From the NCBI RefSeq assembly GCF_000315625.1, contig NW_005434559.1, forward strand, positions 80,276 through 144,275: a stretch of 64,000 nucleotides of DNA. The letters run 5' to 3'. The notes beneath the pieces were generated by a model. It saw only the letters and a program-made list of their open reading frames with translations. It did no database searches and was not told the origin of the DNA. Position numbers and translations under genes: made by a program. This stretch comes from Guillardia theta CCMP2712 (lineage: Eukaryota; Protista; Cryptophyta). This document shows, one piece after another, positions 45,401 through 57,370 of the stretch (positions are counted from its first letter, which is position 1; every line of letters starts with the position of its first letter).

Positions 45401-45706
45401 CTCGGCGGTGCTGCGGTCCTCAATGAGCTTGTGAAGGTGCTCGACCACTCCGCACTCCACAAACGCTTTGACACCCGCAGCCTTGACCAGCTCGCCGAGC
45501 TCAGCTCCAGCCTTGATGGCGTCGTTGCCAGCCTTGGCACCAAGGCCCGTGAGGGCCTCGGAGATCGAGGCAGCTGCCTTGGGATCGACGGAGGAGCCGG
45601 TCATGTTGGCGGACATGAACTCCACGTTGTCGAAACTGAGAGTCTTGGGGAGAGTCTTAGCGTCGACGGGAGCATCCGCGGCAGGAGCAGCAGCAAGCGA
45701 CGCCAT
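42473..45706 (-). CDS. eEF3: Translation elongation factor 3 (HEAT + ABC1 + ABC2 with chromodomain insert), 1077 aa, intronless
   Basis: HEAT region ([32 protein letters not shown]), [21 protein letters not shown], Walker A GHNGCGKS and GPNGAGKS, signatures LSGGW and LSGGQ, [16 protein letters not shown], chromodomain [14 protein letters not shown], basic C-tail. Likely ATG at 45706 (MASLAAAP); strong GC3 bias. Confidence 0.95.
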   Translation of the reverse strand: [1077 protein letters not shown]

Positions 45707-46619
45707 GGGAGCGAGCGAGTGACGGAAAGGCGGGAGGGTGGAGATTTTATGGAGGGCTCCCTTGAATGTGCGACTACCCAAGGTAAGCCATAGATTGTAA
45801 GGGGTGGGGTATGTGTAGAAGGGGTGATCAAGCAAGAAATTGAAGGTAAAAGAGGGGGTAGGGTGGTGGATCCTTTTCTGTAGTTTTGAGACTCGTGAGG
45901 GGCATGCTTGAATAGTAGGGGTACAAAAGAGGGGTAGGGGTACTGGTTCTAACAGATCTTGTGCCATAGAGGAGTTTTTTTTATACGCACGAGGGCAAAT
46001 TGTATCCGAGAGTTTTGAAATAAAATTTTAAACTTTTCCTGTTTATTTGAAATTAAAGAAATCAAATTCGTGGTGGATGAAGCGTGCCAATTGAATATAG
46101 TTGAACCACATCTGCGAAAACTTCAAATGTTTTAGAAAATGTTCATATTTTACCCTTTAATTTCGTGGGAGCACACGAAAGGCACGTGACGCCCCTTCCT
46201 GACTTCAGGGAGATTTAAATCTTCGAAAACAAGTGTTTTCAAAATTTACTTCACAGGCTTGCAAGTGCACTGACCCTACCCTCCCTGCCCCTCAAATCTC
46301 GTAACTGGCATGACCCCACCCCTGTCTTTATATCATATTTGGTACTGAAACATACCCCTATGAACAGCATCTACGAATGACCACCCCATGAAGGTGCAAC
46401 GCCTGATGTTTAGTCACACGGGGTGCAAGCAAGGGCCACGTGGGGTATTGCAAGGAGGAAGGAGGGGTTGATATACCCGCGGTGTTGCGCTAATAACCAC
46501 CGGTGCCTGGGCCTCTTTTTATGGATCCTGTGGATCACCTGAGGGTGGGTGGTCCTACCACAAGGTAAAACTCACTTTTTAAAATCTCGTGGGAAGACCC
46601 TCTGCTCTATTTCCGTCAA

Positions 46620-47110
46620 CTTTTTCCCGACTCGGCCGCTAGTCTGACCGTTCGACGGTCCGTCTGACCGGCGTCGGACCGGAGGCGGCAGCCCGGCCCC
46701 CGGCTCACTGGCCGGGCCTGAGTCAGCCGCCCGCCGGCGGCCGGCCCGGCCCGCGGCACTCGGCGGCCGGCCCTGTTGACTCGAAAGCAACGCGGGGGTC
46801 ACCGTGGCACGGCGGCACCCGCCGCCGGGCCCCCGGGCCCGGGTGCGACTCCGGAGTCCGCGACTTGAAGTTGAACTCAGCCACCGTCACGGGGGCCTCA
46901 GCGCAGGGGCGGAGTCCCACAGTGGCCAGCGGATTCGACGGACGGTCACGGGCCCGGGGCGCCGCGGGGCGGCCGGCCGCGCACTGGGGCAACTGAACTG
47001 CCACTATGCCGCGGCCGCGCCCCGCCGGTCCATATAGTATCACGGCGGGCGGGCCGGGCCGCTCGACGCCGAGGCGGGCCGGGAGCCGTTTGATCCCACA
47101 AAGCTGCCGG
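46620..47110. other. CpG- and palindrome-rich GC island between divergent eEF3 and glycosyltransferase-fusion genes
   Basis: Same vocabulary as the other islands; preceded by G-run/C-run skewed DNA at 45740-46570. Confidence 0.7.
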
Positions 47111-47252
47111 CATGGGAGGGGAGGGGAGAGGGAGAGGTGGTGGAGAGGAGAGGGAGAGCTGCTGAGGGGAAGGAGAGCTGCTGAAAGGGGAGCAAGGGAG
47201 CTATTAGCAGTCATCCAAGAGATCTAGAGGGGAGGGGAGGGAGCAAGAAGCC

Positions 47253-50200
47253 ATGGCGACCAGCCGTGTGAGGTTGCATGGGATTGTCGAGGTTTCAACA
47301 CTGACTTGCTAACAGTGATCCCCTCTGGACCTGACACCAAGACGACGAACTTCTGATGAAGGATCTAGCGCGCGCAAGCGCTTCTTCCTAACAGGGGATA
47401 CATCAGAAACAATACACGTTCTCCCCATCACCTCGATGCCTTGGAGGACGCATCGGAAGAGTGACACTCTGCAATGCTGCAACAGTGCCGTCCTGGTCTT
47501 TCTCGCTCTCTCTCCTCTCCTCATCAGTGCAGCTGGAGATCCGCGCAAAGGAGCTACCTCCAGTGCGACGTCCAAGAAGCGCTTCATGGCTGGAAGCCGG
47601 GCATGCCAAGGGCAACTCCCTGGTCTGTCTTCAGGGATCAAGTCACTGAGCCGAGTGGAGTGCGAGATCCTAGAAGCTCTGTGGAGGATGAACCACCCCG
47701 ACGACTGCTCCAGGTACTCGCAACTCAATCCCTGGGAGGGGCTCTGAACTACCTGCCACCAGCGCTAGGGTCCTCGTCCTGGACTTCGACGGTTTTCAAG
47801 GTGACGGGTTCGCCAGCATCGTTCACCGCACCGCGTCCTCCATCGCCGAAGCCTTCTACGAGAACCGGACGGTCGTGCTGGGCCCTACCGCCCTGGCGTA
47901 CAAACCTGGTCCATGGAACTGTGCTGGGCATGACCTGTTCTGGTTCAGATGACTTGCAGAGGAGGAGGAGAGTGACGAGTTTTGACAGCTACTTCCTCCC
48001 CTTCACTGCGTGTGGCCTCGAGGACACAACGGCGCAGGAGAGGGTAAGGCAACTTTCAGCTACACTGCCGCGTGATCCTCCTCCTTCTCGTCCTTGCAGG
48101 CGCTCCTGTACCAGGATGGCTTCGACGACGCCAGCCGACTGAAGCTTGCGGACGAGGTCCTTGGCCGACCTTCCTACCTTATGCTGCTGACGAAGAGCAG
48201 ATGCGGGGAAACGTAGCTGCCCTCGTCTGTCCAGTCGAGTTCAGAGACGAACTCAGGAGGGCCTTGGGCGATGACTCTCCTGATTCCCTCGTGCATCAAA
48301 CGTGGACTTCTCTTGTGTACAACTTCGTGTTCAGGCCGAGAAAGGAGGCAGGGAAGGCGGTGTGAAGTTTGTCCTCCTTAACCTGCCCCAGGTTCTCGAG
48401 TTTCTGTGGAAGGAAGCTGTGTGGATGGGATGGACGGGTAGCGTGAAAGACGATCTGAAGATGGTCGGAGTGCATGTCCGGAGAGGAGACACGCAGGCAA
48501 ACCTTGTCGTACATGAATCGTGTCTGCAAGTGTTGTTAATATTTCGTATCTTATCACATCGAACTTGCCATGCAACTGTCTCGTTCGACGATTGAACTTG
48601 TTGTGATGTCTTTTCACTCTGGTCTCAACACAAACTTCGATGTGTTCATCGTTCTTCTCTTCTACCACACGATGAGTTCCCTCTGACTTGCACGAGCAGC
48701 ATGCAACATGGAAGAAGCAGACTTACGAGCTCTCTGCTTACCTCGATGCTGGTCTCGAGCAGGCAGCGCTCGCGGGATCGCGCCACCTGTACATCGCGAC
48801 TGACTCTCCGAGGGTTGCGAGCGAGCTTCAAGACGTGCCCTCCGACAGCAGAGACGTGTTCAGCCTCGTTCGCCTCATCGTTCCCAAGAGACAAAGACTT
48901 CCGGAACGGTGGATACGAGACCAGGTATGGTCTGAAGTCTGAAGCTCCTCCTGCCATCTGCTCTTCGCCCATGACTCGTCTCGTGACTTGGAGCTGTAGG
49001 CCGACTCAGTCGCGAGCTTCGCACAAGCGCGAGGGGGGAAGGAAGCGCAAACTCTTGCGATTGTGAGACGGGAGGAGGGGAGACGAGGCTCTGACCTGCT
49101 CGCGTCCTCCAGGAGTCTTTGTCGGACATCTTCTTCCTCTCCGAGTGCGACGGCCTGGTTGGAACTGGCTCCTCCCACTTCGTTGCTGTTGCCAACGCTC
49201 TGAGGCCGATCAAGGGCAAGACCCTTCCGCCCTGTGACTCTGCTTGCTACGTCACCATCGCAAACTGACGTCATTCCCCCCGCAGTCTATCTGGACGCCA
49301 ACAACCTCCAACGAGGCCTCAACAGCGTCGGCCTCTTCCACATCGCCAACCTCCCGCAGCAGCAGGAGGAACTCAAGGCTCTTCGCTGGCAACTTGTACG
49401 CCAGCGATTCGTCGCCAACAGCCTCGCACCTCTAGAGTCAGGTCCAAGCCTCCGCTGCCCAACTGGATGGTCCCTTACAGCTGCTGCTGGGCAGGCGCTG
49501 AGTTCTACTTCGACGTCCAGCTGGGAATGCCTCGGGTCCCCGTCAGGCTGTTCGACAAGGAGGTGCTCAAGTGGAACGTGACCGCTCCTCTGCTGGACGT
49601 GTGCCCAACCCAGCACCTCCCCAGCAGGACCTGGGGTGCAGCTGAAGTTGTCAATCTTGGCGCAAAGCTGCACGGCCTGATGAAGTTCAGGGCTGCCTTG
49701 TCATGCTTCTTGACAGCCGCGCAGCTGGGAAACAACCCCGAACACAAGGAGGTGGGGAATCAATCAAACTCAACCTGCATGGAGTCGCCTATGATGATGA
49801 TGATGGTGATGATAGTGATGATGATGATGACGACGATGGAGATGGAGATGGAGATGGAGATGGAGATGGAGATGGGGATGGAGATTGAGGTGGAGATGGA
49901 GATGACGAGGACGATGATGATAATGATGAGAACGAGGGCGAGGACGAGGACGAGGACGAGGGCGAGGGGGGAGGACGAGGACGAGGAAGTGGGCGAGGAC
50001 GAGGAAGAGGACGAAGAGTGAGATGGAGACGATGATGATTTGCAAGCAGATTGCTCGACAGAATGCTGAAGTCTTGCGTCGGGACGTAGCTGGTTTTCTG
50101 TCTCGCACGACACTATCTCCAAGGGAGAACAGGAGCGGAGCTGGACGACCAGCCAGGGAAGAAGCCGAGAGGGAGGCTGTGAGATCAGAGAAGCGATCAT

Positions 50201-51988
50201 GGAGTGAAGATGCTCCCCTGACTACAGCAGGTAGCCTGTAGCCTCTCCTACGTGGCTGTGTTCATGCCTGACACTGACACGACTGTGTTGGACATTTCGA
50301 CATTTGCCCATGTCAGAACGATATCAGGCCATCATCGGAAAGCACTTTACTCCCGTGAACTGCTCGCTCGCCAGCCGGGACCCTGTCGAGCTCGCCAACT
50401 TTGCGGCAGACGTCTTGTATCCTTCGGGGAGGTTGTCCGAGGCTCTCTTCTGCTTGGACGCTGCTGCCCTCTTGCTCAAGAGTCTTCAGCCCGCCGCCGC
50501 TCCGTCCCTGGCAGCCATCAGCAAGAACCTGGACACCATGGTTCAAGTGAGACAGTCCAGCTGAAGACTAGCAAAGCTCCAGAACGCTGACGGCTTATCC
50601 AGGTGCTGCGGCCGGGCGAGCGGAACCGAGTCTATCACAACGTGGGGAAGAAGGGAGCAACCTTTCCGGACCACATGAGCAGAGAGCATGTAGCTGGGAC
50701 TGAGGTGGAGGCTGATGTCGCCTGTCCTGTGCTGATCGTACTGGTCAGGATCAAACGATTCAGGTGTGGGATGGAGCTTTGAGCAGCCATCAGGTTGTGC
50801 GTTGCCTCCGTCTTGTTGACAAGATGGATATGATGATGATGAGGAGGATGAGGATGAGGATGATGATGAGGAGGAGGAGAAGGATGATGATGATGATGAT
50901 GATGATGAGGATGAGGATGAGGATGATGATGATGGTGGTGGTGGAGGAGGAGGAGGAGGAGGAGGTGGTGGTGGTGGTGGTGGTGGTGGTGGAGGAGGAG
51001 GAGGAGGAGATGACGACGGCAGTGACGGTAATGATTCAGTGCGAGAAGATCATCGAGATGTTTGAGAGATCGGATCATTACGAGGTGTGTCACCCTCCCA
51101 CGTAACGCCATCGCATGCGCTAACGTCACGGCGCTCTAGGGGAACCTGATCAGCGAGGGAAAGATCATCGTAGACCACAAGGTCAAGAAAGCGAGCGAGT
51201 ACGAGGTCAGAGTCACTTGCCCTCTGTTGCTACCGCCTGAACTGCCAGTCAAGGTATCAGAAGGGGCCCGCAAGAGTTCGGAGTGGGCGGAGATAGAGCA
51301 GATGCTGCTGTCAGTCTTTGTCAACCACACCATCTTGTATCTCACAACCTCCCCCTGACCTCATCTGACATGACGGTCCAGGTACGAAGAGAAGAATCCT
51401 ATCCTCCGGCAACTCAAGAATCCCTTCGGCGATGAAGGGTTCCGCATGAAGAGGTAGCTGCATCCTTCCTCTCCTCCCTCCCGTTTTCCTCCTCCTCCTC
51501 CTCCCCGTCCTCCTCCCTCCGTCCTCCTCCCTCCGTCCTCCTCCCCGTCCTCCTCCCCGTCCTCTCCCCGTCCTCCTCCCCGTCCTCCTCCCCGTCCTCC
51601 TCCCCGTCCTCCTCCCCGTCCTCCTCCCCGTCCTCCTCTCTTCATCTCGTCACCTTGCCTTCTCCTCATCGCAGGTATTTGGATGACGGGACTGAGCACC
51701 ACGCGTACCATGCGGACTCAGGGCAGGAGGCTCCCTGTGCGCCTCGTCGGGTGGTGGCTTTTCTGGTCTACTTCAACGGGGTGGAAGGAGGAGAGACGGT
51801 CTTCCTGCAGCAGGGGAGGATCGTCAGCCCCAAGTGCGGGCGGGTCCTCATGTTCCCTACCTCTTTCTCTCACGTCTGTCCTTGGGCTGGATCAATCTCC
51901 ACGCTGAACGAAGGCTCAGGTACATGCTGGGAGACCGCCAACCAAGGGATGGAAGTACAACGCCATCAACTTTCTGACCATACAATGA
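47253..51988 (+). CDS. Multi-exon fusion protein: fucosyltransferase-like GT-B domain (GT23/NodZ/GT11 type) + TPR-like helices + 2OG-Fe(II) prolyl-4-hydroxylase-like domain
   Basis: Fucosyltransferase motifs I VGVHVRRGD (about 48463-48490), II LYIATDS (about 48787) and III DIFFLSECDGLVGTGSSHF (about 49125). TPR-like LGAKLHGLMKFRAALSCFLTAAQLG and LYPSGRLSEALFCLDAAALL. Oxygenase YHAD...RRVVAFLVYFNGVEGGETVF...PKCGRVLMFP...HAG...WKY; stop at 51986-51988. Confidence 0.75.
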
Positions 51989-52379
51989 ACCTGTGTGCTG
52001 ATATGAAAACTGTAGAGTATGCATGCCTTGTATAGCTTTTGTCTTATCTTATCTTATCTTGTCTTGTCTTGTCTTGTCTTGTCTTGTCTTGTTTCTTTGT
52101 CAATTTATTGCAAATAAGAATGAATTATAGAACAAGTGTAAGTTCAGTGACAGCATCGTTCACATTGACTTCAGTAATGCAATAGAAGTAGCAAGGGGAA
52201 ACATGGCAGAACTGAAAGCAGGAGGATGCAAGTGAATGCCCGAGACTTGGAGATTTTGTACAGTTGGTGTCGTGTAATCGTTTTCCACACAAGGAGAGCA
52301 ACTCTAGGAGATGTAGTCAGGGACAATTAGCTTGATATTAGGGATTTTGACGTCAAACGGAGGGCCCTGGAAACACAGT

Positions 52380-55124
52380 TCAGCATCGAGGCAACAAGAC
52401 AAATGACAGGATGGCATTGCTTTGAAACAGGAGAGCAGAAGAGACAGCAGAAGCGTGGCAGCACCAGCAGCACCAGCAGCACCAGCAACAACAGGAATGA
52501 AGAGATGACAAGATGATCAGGTAAGCAAGAAGTCGATCGACAAGTCTGATAAGGTAAGCAAGAAGTCGATCGACAGGTCGATGGCTGTTCAGACCTTGGG
52601 CGCCTTGATAGTTCCGGGGACGAATCTGGAGGGAAAAGTCACTGGGAAGATAGTGAACCTCTGATTCACCTGAAGGACCCTGACACTTCTCCGAGGTCGC
52701 TGTCAACGCCTGTACAGCTGGATAGCATCCAAGTTAGGAGGAGCAGGAGCATGAGGTGAAGAGCAGGAGCAGGAGCAGAAGCAGAAGCAGAAGCAGAAGA
52801 AGGAGCAAAAAGTGCAGCAGCAGGAGGAGCAGGAGGAGCTAAGCACGAGCACGAGCACGAGCAGGGGAATCAGGAGAAGCAGAAAACCTGGCGTACTCGT
52901 ACTCTCCTTCTTGCTCTGGTTGGCCAGTAGATCGCTGGTGCCGTCCAAACTGTAGGAAAAGGTCAGATCAATCAACTCAAGCTGCCGGAAAGGAGGGCAG
53001 TTGAGCGATGCTGCATGTCCACGAGGATCGGAGCAGGAAGGGCACAGGAATACTGAGAGGAAGAGGAGGAGAAACCTTGAGGATAGGAAAGTCGCCGATC
53101 ACGCCCTCGCCATCCACTATGTTGGGAGATTCGCTGATGCTATCACTGAACACAAGATGCCTGAAGTGAGGAAGAAGGAGTCAGGTCAAGGCAGTTCAGG
53201 ACAGTCTGCAGTTTGACCTCGTTACGAGTTGGCATGTTCCTCCCCACTCAGCCGGAAGAGCAGCAACGGCCGACATCCTGAAGCAGTAGGTGAACCAGTA
53301 GTTGATTCTAGTCTTCTCGGGCACAAAGATCTGTCCACGTGCCCATCAGAAAGGTCGTACAGTACAGTCTATTATCCGTACCGAAGAACCCCGGATCCTG
53401 ATGCTCTGCGTCGTTGCTTCTCCACCAGTAGGAGGGCAACGGGGATAGAGGCTGAGGCCCAGCAATGGAGCTGCGGGGACGATTGGCTTGAACTCAAAGT
53501 TCTGAGCAGCCACACGAGCAGCAAAGTCTTCGAACCACTTCAGCACGCCTGAGGATGAGGAGAAAAACACAATCAGCACACGGAACAACTCTGGGCTCAG
53601 CTGAACCATCAGAAACATCCGTGTTCTTGCAGGCTCTCATCAATCTTGAATCATGTCCACGGAGCCAAATCTTTGCTGTCTTGTTGTTCACAACCTTTGC
53701 GAAGATATGCGTCACGGTCCCGAGAGTAGATGGAACAAATGAGAAAGAACGCACCAGCATCTTGGGGATCCGACTTTGTCCTGAGGTATCCGGCATTCTC
53801 AGAGAACCTGGAGAGTCGTATTTACAAGATGGGACTTATTTGAAGACAAGCCAACAAGCTATCACGAAAGGTCTATCGGGAACAGTCTCCTCCCACCTAC
53901 ACCACTGGTCAAGGGTGATAATTGAAACACTTTTCAACTCACGAGAAGGACGCTGCTTGCTGTTCTGCAAGATTCAACCCCACTTCAAGCTGTAGAGAAG
54001 TGAGGAGATAGCACAGAGATGTTTCTCCAACAAGAACCTACCGACAACATGCGCAAGTTGATAACATGGTCATAAAAATTGTAGCCTCCAAACAAGCCAA
54101 AAAAGGTGGAATCGCTGCAACAAGAATCAGCACTCTCAGTGTATCACCCAACACCCAAAGGTCGTTTTCACTCACTCTCTTGCTATGTCTATGGCTGCTC
54201 TTCTCGGATCTTGCCCGTTGTGGATCCGGTATCTGCAGCACAAACGTAAGGTCGACCCCCACCTATCCATCGAAGAGAACATCGCTTTCAGTGCTGAAGG
54301 AAGTGTGCCTCCACCCTCAAATTTCTCCATCTCTTCCTGCGCACAAAACTCATCGGCACTGGTGCATCACCTCGAAAGCAGGAAGAAAATCACCCGTTTC
54401 ACCCCGGGCATCAGCGTTGCATGCATCGGAGGGGCGTTCTTTTTCAGCCAATCTGTCGAAGCAAAGCATGCTCTTTCAAGAGAACAGCTGGCAAGATCCA
54501 GGAGAATCACCAGAGATTGCAACCCAACTATGGGCCGCGCGCCTCAAATAGGAAAGGTCTTCCTTGCTCCTGCCAGCAAGATCACAAACATGTCGGCGGC
54601 TCCCACTATCAATCAGCAGACCCAAAGAAGTCAGAATACTCCTTGCTCCAAGCTAGCCATGCCTCTCTGGAACATCAATCAGCGCTCTGATGATGAAAGA
54701 AGGGAGGAACCGAGGCACCTGTGTGTAGCAGCATTCCCCATACTCTCCAAAGGCAGCCGCTTGTCGGTGAAAGCGTAATCGCACAAACACGCGTTCATCC
54801 ATTGATTCTCCGATTCATCACTCTGTCGATAAAGGCAAGATCATCACCAACACATGAACATTTCAAGTGATATCATGTAGACGCGGTCTGTCATGCGCCT
54901 ACATATCGCCATGGCGGTGAAATCAAAGTTGTAGCTGAGTGGCGCAGCGGGGTAGGTTTCGAGAACATCTTGACCAGAGGTGCAAGAATGAAGAGCAGGG
55001 CACATGCGCACAAGCAGCTCACCATGATCCAGGAGCGCATGGACCTGCATGTCTGCATGCACTTCATCAACGTGTTCCCGTCGACATGCGCCAGGCTCAT
55101 CTCCATCGCCTGCATCGCCTGCAT
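52380..55124 (-). CDS. Probable F-box-like multi-exon protein; 3' end uncertain
   Basis: N-terminal AMEMSLAHVDGNTLMKCMQTCRSMRSWI resembles the F-box consensus (IxSxLdxxxLxxCxxVCRxWR); downstream exons are not recognisable. Confidence 0.4.
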
Positions 55125-55189
55125 GGTTTGTGGCTGGCAGCGGTCTGCCGGGGGAAGAGGGGATCACAAGCTAAGAATTGTGGCTGAAC

Positions 55190-56660
55190 ACAACCCGGTG
55201 GTGCCGCCGCGGTAGCACCACCGGGCACCGGGCCCGGGCCCGGGCCCGGCAACCACCTGAGGCGAGCTTGTCGAAAGTGTCCTGGTTTACACCGCCAGAT
55301 CCTTTTGGAGGGTCAGGGTGGGTTCTCTCGCCCCGGGGGTAGGGGATGAGGGTACTTCTCACCCCCTATGTGCACTCTGTTGCTGTGGCATATGATGGGG
55401 TAGGTAGGTCATACCACCCTTAGCACTACGTGAAATCCTTTGGTTTCGGTGCTCCCTGCAGGTCAGGCGATCCCTGCACGGCTTCCGTTTTAAAATTGAG
55501 GTGTTTTAGAGCTTCAGTAAAAACATTAGTAAGATTCATTAACAATAGAGAATAAGTTCACTCTACTATGAATCAGCACCGTCACTGTTGGTACCCAAGC
55601 TCAATACAAACTTATAATAATATTGTGGTGTAGTAAACATCCAGGCCGGCCGTGCTGGTTGAGGTCCCTACGGGGACAAACGCCGGGGGGCCTCAGTGAG
55701 TATGCGGACGACCACAAGATTTATAACATTGTTGGTGTTACAAACTCAGATACAAATCATAAAAATCGTCATTGGTCACTTTTGTATGGGAAATCAACAC
55801 CAAACTTGTACCGCAATCTCGAGATGTATGAAGTTGGCCTACGTACAAATTCCTACCCGCCAAACAGCAGGGGATCTGTCAGGTTTTGGAGGAACTGGAG
55901 GGTCGATCATGGCCACTTGGGGGGTGGGGGTGGTGTAAAGAGTGTGGCAGGGTAGGGGTTAGGGTTGTTGTTCTGAAAACAAGGTGGGTGGGTGGACACA
56001 AGGAAAGGACAGGGGTGATGCATTAGTTAGGCAAAATGGATATTAAGGTGGGTGGTACCAGGGACTGATGCTGGTGTATGGGGGGTCGATAGGGTAGGGT
56101 ACACCATGAGGATTGCTGACAATGTTCGTATTTATGGTGCAAACGTAGGGTGGTGAAGGGACCTGGTAGGTCGCAGATTGAATTAGAAGGGGTGGGGTAT
56201 AAAATTGACGGGTGCGGGAAGCAGTGTGGGGGTAGGGCTGTTACAAAGTCCTTCTATACCCACCACATATCTTCTGGATACCCTGTCTGTATGCTCTATC
56301 TTGTGACATGTGGGGTACAGAGGGGGGTGATGAAACAAGCTAGGGGGTAGGGGGTGATCGGTCAAGGCCAGGAGTTGCAATTTTGTAGCTTGCAGGGGTG
56401 GACCTGGTCGGACCCGAGCTGTAGAAGATAGACGGTGGTGCGTAGAGGGAGTTGGTACCGTGGGGTACTCACCTTTGGCAGAATCCAGGGGTCATTGATA
56501 GTTGCAGATGAGGGGTAGGTACATATTGAGAATGTGCAAGGGTAGGGTAGACTTTTTGTGCTGAGGAGGGTAGGGTAGTATCAATTGGGACATGGTGGGG
56601 TGCCTGGTGTTTGGATGTGAGAGTAGAGAAGGGGTAGAGGTATAAGAAAGATGCAATGGC
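55190..56660. promoter_or_regulatory. Divergent intergenic region: short CCGG island (55190-55265) and long GGGGT/GGGTA-rich tract
   Basis: Numerous G3-G6 runs on the + strand from 55915 to 56640; function inferred from position only. Confidence 0.35.
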
Positions 56661-57370
56661 AAGGAAAATGTTCATGAGAGGCGATGAGGCGATGGAGAGA
56701 AGAAGGAGGGAGAGAAGCTGCGGATCGATGATTGTGATGTTACAATTGTTCCATAAGGAAGCATGTTATCGCTAGGTAGTGTGACATATCAGACTTGAGG
56801 TAGGAGATCCTTGGGAAGAGGCAAATCGTTGGAGGTGCAAGAGGGGATTCATAAGATCGTGTGAACAAAATTTCTGTGTGAAGACTCGTGACTATCTGCT
56901 AAATCCATAGAGTGTTTGTTTGTGAGAAAAGGTAGACAAACTCTGTTGTTGTGCCCTGGTATGATAGGAATGTTTGCTGACTGTTGTCGGTGTCGACGAG
57001 CTGTAAAAATACACCCTGACGCTAGTGTGATGTCCGATTTCATGCAAGACAGGGGAATTTGTCGTTCATTTCGACTTCGAAATCTTCGTGCTAGATGTCT
57101 CAACTGATCTGCTCCTCGTCCCATGCTCTAAAGTCTTCTGCTTTTTGTTTCCGAAGCTGTAAAATTCCGATGGCCTCCCTTAAATCTCGATGTTACCCTC
57201 ACCTTCCCTTTGCTTGCAGACGGAGTGTGTTGTGGCAGTGTATGATGTTTGACTTGTCACATCACATGGCATTCACAGTTGTTTTGATCTTTGAAAGCGA
57301 GTTCTGAGAGATTGTCCAAGGATCCAAAGGATAGCATGTGACTCACGAAACCCTGCAGTTGCAGGAAACC

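Noticed and set aside
45707-45967. N-terminal extension of eEF3 in the ORF track
   Set aside because: Composition matches the promoter-like G-run tract; codon bias begins at the ATG at 45706.
52519-52575. 24-bp direct repeat aggtaagcaagaagtcgatcgaca
   Set aside because: Simple two-copy local duplication with no further structure.
47253-55124. Direct orthology to the Skp1 PhyA/Gnt1/PgtA pathway
   Set aside because: The GT motifs are GT23/GT11-like rather than those of Gnt1 or PgtA, and the neighbouring F-box call is weak; analogy only.
55945-55970. Telomere-like GGGTAGGGGTTAGGG
   Set aside because: Only one or two imperfect units within a generally G-run-rich tract.
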